DNA of 64,000 nucleotides from an uncultured Flammeovirgaceae bacterium (GTDB lineage Bacteria; Bacteroidota; Bacteroidia; Cytophagales; Cyclobacteriaceae): NCBI GenBank assembly GCA_937899105.1, contig CALBPF010000339.1, positions 1,267 to 65,266 of the forward strand, read 5' to 3'. Shown piece by piece: positions 61,216 to 64,000 of this stretch (position 1 is its first letter; each line of letters starts with the position of its first letter). The notes under the pieces were generated by a model. It saw only the letters and a program-made list of their open reading frames with translations, ran no database searches and was not told where the DNA came from. The position numbers and the translations under genes were made by a program.

Positions 61216-64000
61216 TGCTGTCTTTCAGAAAATTCAACCTGCCCCAATAAAGAAATATTATCCCTTATCATCGGCGCAAAAAAGACTGTATTTTTTGTAT
61301 CGCTTAGACGAAGAATCGCGGGCTTATAATATGCCTCAGGTGATAAAACTTAAAGAAAAGCCTGATCAGGAGCGCCTAGAGGCTGTATTTACTAAATTGA
61401 TCTATCGGCATGAAAGCTTGCGTACTTCCTTTGAGGAAGTTAATGGTGTGCCTGTTCAGAAAATAGCGGAAGTAGTCGATTTCAAACTGGAGAGTTATGA
61501 ATCCTCAAAGGAAGGATGGACTTCTATTATAAGGGAGTTTATCAGGCCGTTTGATCTGAAGGCAGGCCCTTTATTACGTGCCGGTTTGATTACAGTTTTT
61601 GACCGTACTAATAAATCAGCTATCGCTGAGTATTTCCTGATCTTGGATATGCATCATATTATTGCAGATGGAGTATCTCAATCGGTACTTGTCAATGATT
61701 TCATGTCGCTTCATAAGGGTGAGGAGATACTTGATTTGCCGCTGCAATACAAGGATTATGTGGAATGGCAATTGAGTGAAAGTCAGCAAAAGCAAATTGT
61801 CAAGCAGAAATCTTTCTGGTTAAAAGAGTTTTCACAACCTACATTACCTTTAGAGTTGCCTACTGATTACAACAGACCCCGTGAAAAGAGTTTTAAAGGT
61901 AGATCTTATGAGTTCAAACTTACAAAAGAGGATGCCGTAAAATTAAGAAATATTACTGATCAGACCGGGACTACAATGTACATGGTCCTTTTTTCGGCAT
62001 ACGTGATATTGTTAAGCAAGCTTGGAAACCAGGAAGATATTGTAGTTGGGACACCAGCAGCGGGCCGTCAGCATATGGACCTGGAGGGTATCATTGGTAT
62101 GTTTGTGAATACATTGCCAGTAAGGAGTTATCCTAATGGTAACATAAGCTTTAAAGAGTTTTTGTCAGAAGTTAAAGATAACATATTAGCTTGTTTCGAA
62201 AATCAAGAATACCCATATGAGCAGTTGTTAGATGTGCTTAACTTGAAGCGACATGTCAGTCGTAACCCTTTGTTCGATATGGTTTTTTCTTATCAAAACT
62301 TCTCAAAACATGGCGACGACATAGCCGACATAGAACACATTTCCATCGAACGTGGTCAAAACATATCAAAATTTGATTTAACGATGACCGCCAGTGAGTA
62401 TGAAGACCAGATCCATTTGAATGTGGAATATTCTACTGACTTATTTAAAAGGTCTACCATTAACCGTTTTGAATTATATTTCAAAAAGATAGTGACCGCA
62501 ATAACTCTCAATCATGACATTCGGTTAAAAGATATTGATATTTTGTCTTCACGAGAGCGTTATCAGTTATTGACGACCTTTAACGACACATTAGTTGATT
62601 ATCCTAAAGACAAAACAATAATCGAGTTGTTTCATGAACAGGTAAAGAAAAACGCTGCCAAGATAGCCATTGAGTTTGACAATGAGATGATGACTTATCA
62701 AACGCTAGACCTTCTTAGCCGTAAAGTAGCTAGTTATCTACATCAAATCAATGATGTGAGACCCGAGGAATGTATCGGAGTGTTGGCAGATTGGTCCGGT
62801 GAACTCGTGGCGGTATTTCTCGGCATCTTAAAAGCTGGAGGGGCTTACCTGCCTTTGGATCCCAGGCACCCGGTAGAGAGGATTCGACAAATGGTGCAGG
62901 ACGCAGAGGTTCGCATTGTGCTTGCACCACCAAAATATCATCACCTGCTGACTGATAATATGGTAATCGTAACTCCGGAGTCCTTATTCAGAGAAAGACC
63001 TCAAAAGGAATTTCGAAATACTGCCGGCCCTGATAGTTTGGCTTATGTGATGTACACCTCGGGTTCTGCTGGGACACCGAAAGGAGTGGCAGTAACTCAT
63101 CGAAATGTTGTCCGTCTGGTAAAAAATACAAACTACATTGAGCTCAATGAGTCCACCCGGATATTGCAGACAGGAACACAGGTGTTTGATGCGGCAACAT
63201 TCGAAATATGGGGTAGTTTGTTGAATGGAGGCACATTGGTTTTGAAAGAAAAGGAAGCATTTCTTCATAGTAGGTCATTAGCCAAGGTCTTAAGTGAATC
63301 TAAGATTAACACGTTGTGGCTTACATCAGGTTTATTTAACCAACATGCTAAGGAAGTCCCCACTATGTTCTGTGGATTGCATTATTTGTTGGTAGGCGGC
63401 GATGTATTGAACCCGGTGGCAATAAATCATGTCAGAAATACTAATCCCAATTTAAAGATTCTCAATGCATATGGACCAACAGAGAATACAACTTTTTCCA
63501 CTTTTCATGTCATAGACAGGGATTATAACGATAGTATACCAATAGGCAAACCAATTAGTAATTCAAGAGCTTATGTTTTGAGTAATTATGGCCAACTACA
63601 GCCCATTGGAGTCGCCGGAGAGTTGTATGTCGGAGGCGATGGTGTAAGTAGAGGGTATATCAATCAATCAACGCTAACGGCAGAAAAGTTTGTTCCCGAT
63701 CCGTTTCATTCCGGTGGTCGTCTTTACCGTACCGGGGACCTGGCACGTTGGTCATCGGACGGCGCCTTGCAATTCCTGGGGCGCCAGGATGACCAGGTGA
63801 AGATCCGGGGTTTCAGAATAGAGTTGGGAGAGATAGAGCATAAGCTAGCTAATCACGATCAACTACGGGACGTGATTGTAATGTCCAGGGAGTTTGAGGG
63901 AGAGAAGCATCTGGCGGCCTATTATGTGTCGGAAAAACCAATAAATGCAGATGCCATTCGATCTTATTTGCAAGACAAACTCCCCGATTACATGCTTCCG
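61049..64000 (+). CDS. NRPS-7 (partial, 3' end outside window): docking-C(L-donor type)-A(Val/Ile-like)...
   Basis: Not in the supplied ORF track. Hand translation from ATG 61049 gives 984 codons with no stop up to nt 64000. MEDLINRLRENDVHVEVVNDELQLNVP (docking). YPLSSAQKRLYF, MHHIIADGVS ~61651-61680 (C). YTSGSAGTPKG ~63050-63085, NAYGPTENTTFST, YRTGD, GRQDDQVKIRGFRIELGEIE (A). Code DAFWLGATF-. Confidence 0.9.
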   Translation, partial: MEDLINRLRENDVHVEVVNDELQLNVPVGADLNKLLLEVKDSKQALITYIKKIRDNAVFQKIQPAPIKKYYPLSSAQKRLYFLYRLDEESRAYNMPQVIKLKEKPDQERLEAVFTKLIYRHESLRTSFEEVNGVPVQKIAEVVDFKLESYESSKEGWTSIIREFIRPFDLKAGPLLRAGLITVFDRTNKSAIAEYFLILDMHHIIADGVSQSVLVNDFMSLHKGEEILDLPLQYKDYVEWQLSESQQKQIVKQKSFWLKEFSQPTLPLELPTDYNRPREKSFKGRSYEFKLTKEDAVKLRNITDQTGTTMYMVLFSAYVILLSKLGNQEDIVVGTPAAGRQHMDLEGIIGMFVNTLPVRSYPNGNISFKEFLSEVKDNILACFENQEYPYEQLLDVLNLKRHVSRNPLFDMVFSYQNFSKHGDDIADIEHISIERGQNISKFDLTMTASEYEDQIHLNVEYSTDLFKRSTINRFELYFKKIVTAITLNHDIRLKDIDILSSRERYQLLTTFNDTLVDYPKDKTIIELFHEQVKKNAAKIAIEFDNEMMTYQTLDLLSRKVASYLHQINDVRPEECIGVLADWSGELVAVFLGILKAGGAYLPLDPRHPVERIRQMVQDAEVRIVLAPPKYHHLLTDNMVIVTPESLFRERPQKEFRNTAGPDSLAYVMYTSGSAGTPKGVAVTHRNVVRLVKNTNYIELNESTRILQTGTQVFDAATFEIWGSLLNGGTLVLKEKEAFLHSRSLAKVLSESKINTLWLTSGLFNQHAKEVPTMFCGLHYLLVGGDVLNPVAINHVRNTNPNLKILNAYGPTENTTFSTFHVIDRDYNDSIPIGKPISNSRAYVLSNYGQLQPIGVAGELYVGGDGVSRGYINQSTLTAEKFVPDPFHSGGRLYRTGDLARWSSDGALQFLGRQDDQVKIRGFRIELGEIEHKLANHDQLRDVIVMSREFEGEKHLAAYYVSEKPINADAIRSYLQDKLPDYMLP

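Noticed and set aside
62748-63268. Minus-strand ORFs 62748-62933 and 62984-63268 listed in the ORF track
   Set aside because: They lie antisense to the unlisted but uninterrupted NRPS-7 frame, whose A-domain core motifs (YTSGSAGTPKG and others) are unambiguous.
62740-63900. Apparent GC-richer patch in the NRPS-7 A domain, as a possible sign of a horizontally swapped A domain
   Set aside because: Hand counts give roughly 45-60% GC in some 60-nt lines. Core-motif regions of other A domains (for example 59641-59700 and 60361-60420) reach similar local values. The signal is not clearly above background without a proper sliding-window calculation.

Overview
AT-rich locus that looks Bacteroidota-like (inferred from a UpxY/NusG-type antiterminator, an ~800-aa double-FtsX permease and the codon style). 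No tRNA, rRNA or CRISPR array was seen.

Left flank (nt 1-2460): an IS630-type transposase remnant that runs off the left edge, a ParB-like gene, and a DAHP synthase on the minus strand.

From ~3.0 kb to the right edge, every gene is on the + strand with short gaps or ATGA overlaps. Together they form one >61 kb nonribosomal lipopeptide cluster. Gene order:
- NusG/UpxY-like antiterminator
- stand-alone carrier protein, HemN-like radical SAM enzyme, cupin and ANL adenylating enzyme
- NRPS-1 (FAAL-T-C-A-T-E)
- SbnA/SbnB-type 2,3-diaminopropionate (Dap) cassette
- FtsX permease
- carbamoyltransferase
- NRPS-2 to NRPS-5, with a TauD/SyrP-like dioxygenase between NRPS-4 and NRPS-5
- secreted S12 beta-lactamase-fold hydrolase, FkbM methyltransferase and AsnB-like amidotransferase
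- NRPS-6
- NRPS-7, an ORF from 61049 that is absent from the supplied ORF track because it runs off the window

Hand-extracted A-domain codes and E-domain positions suggest acyl-D-Asn-D-Asn-D-Thr-Gly(MOx)-Gly-D-Asp(like)-Thr-Ser-Ser-Val(like)... No thioesterase (TE) domain lies in the window.

Most notable observations:
1. Three in-frame stop codons and one frameshift-like C|A split interrupt otherwise intact biosynthetic genes.
2. A luciferase-like monooxygenase sits inside a Gly A domain of an internal module.
3. An extra degenerate C-like domain (C-prime) lies between C and A in each L-Ser/L-Thr module.
4. An acyl-D-Asn start co-occurs with a secreted S12 hydrolase, which resembles a prodrug arrangement.
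5. An ACP/radical-SAM/cupin/ligase cassette of unknown role precedes the megasynthases.

Domain borders are approximate (about +/-60 nt). Specificity codes were aligned by eye.
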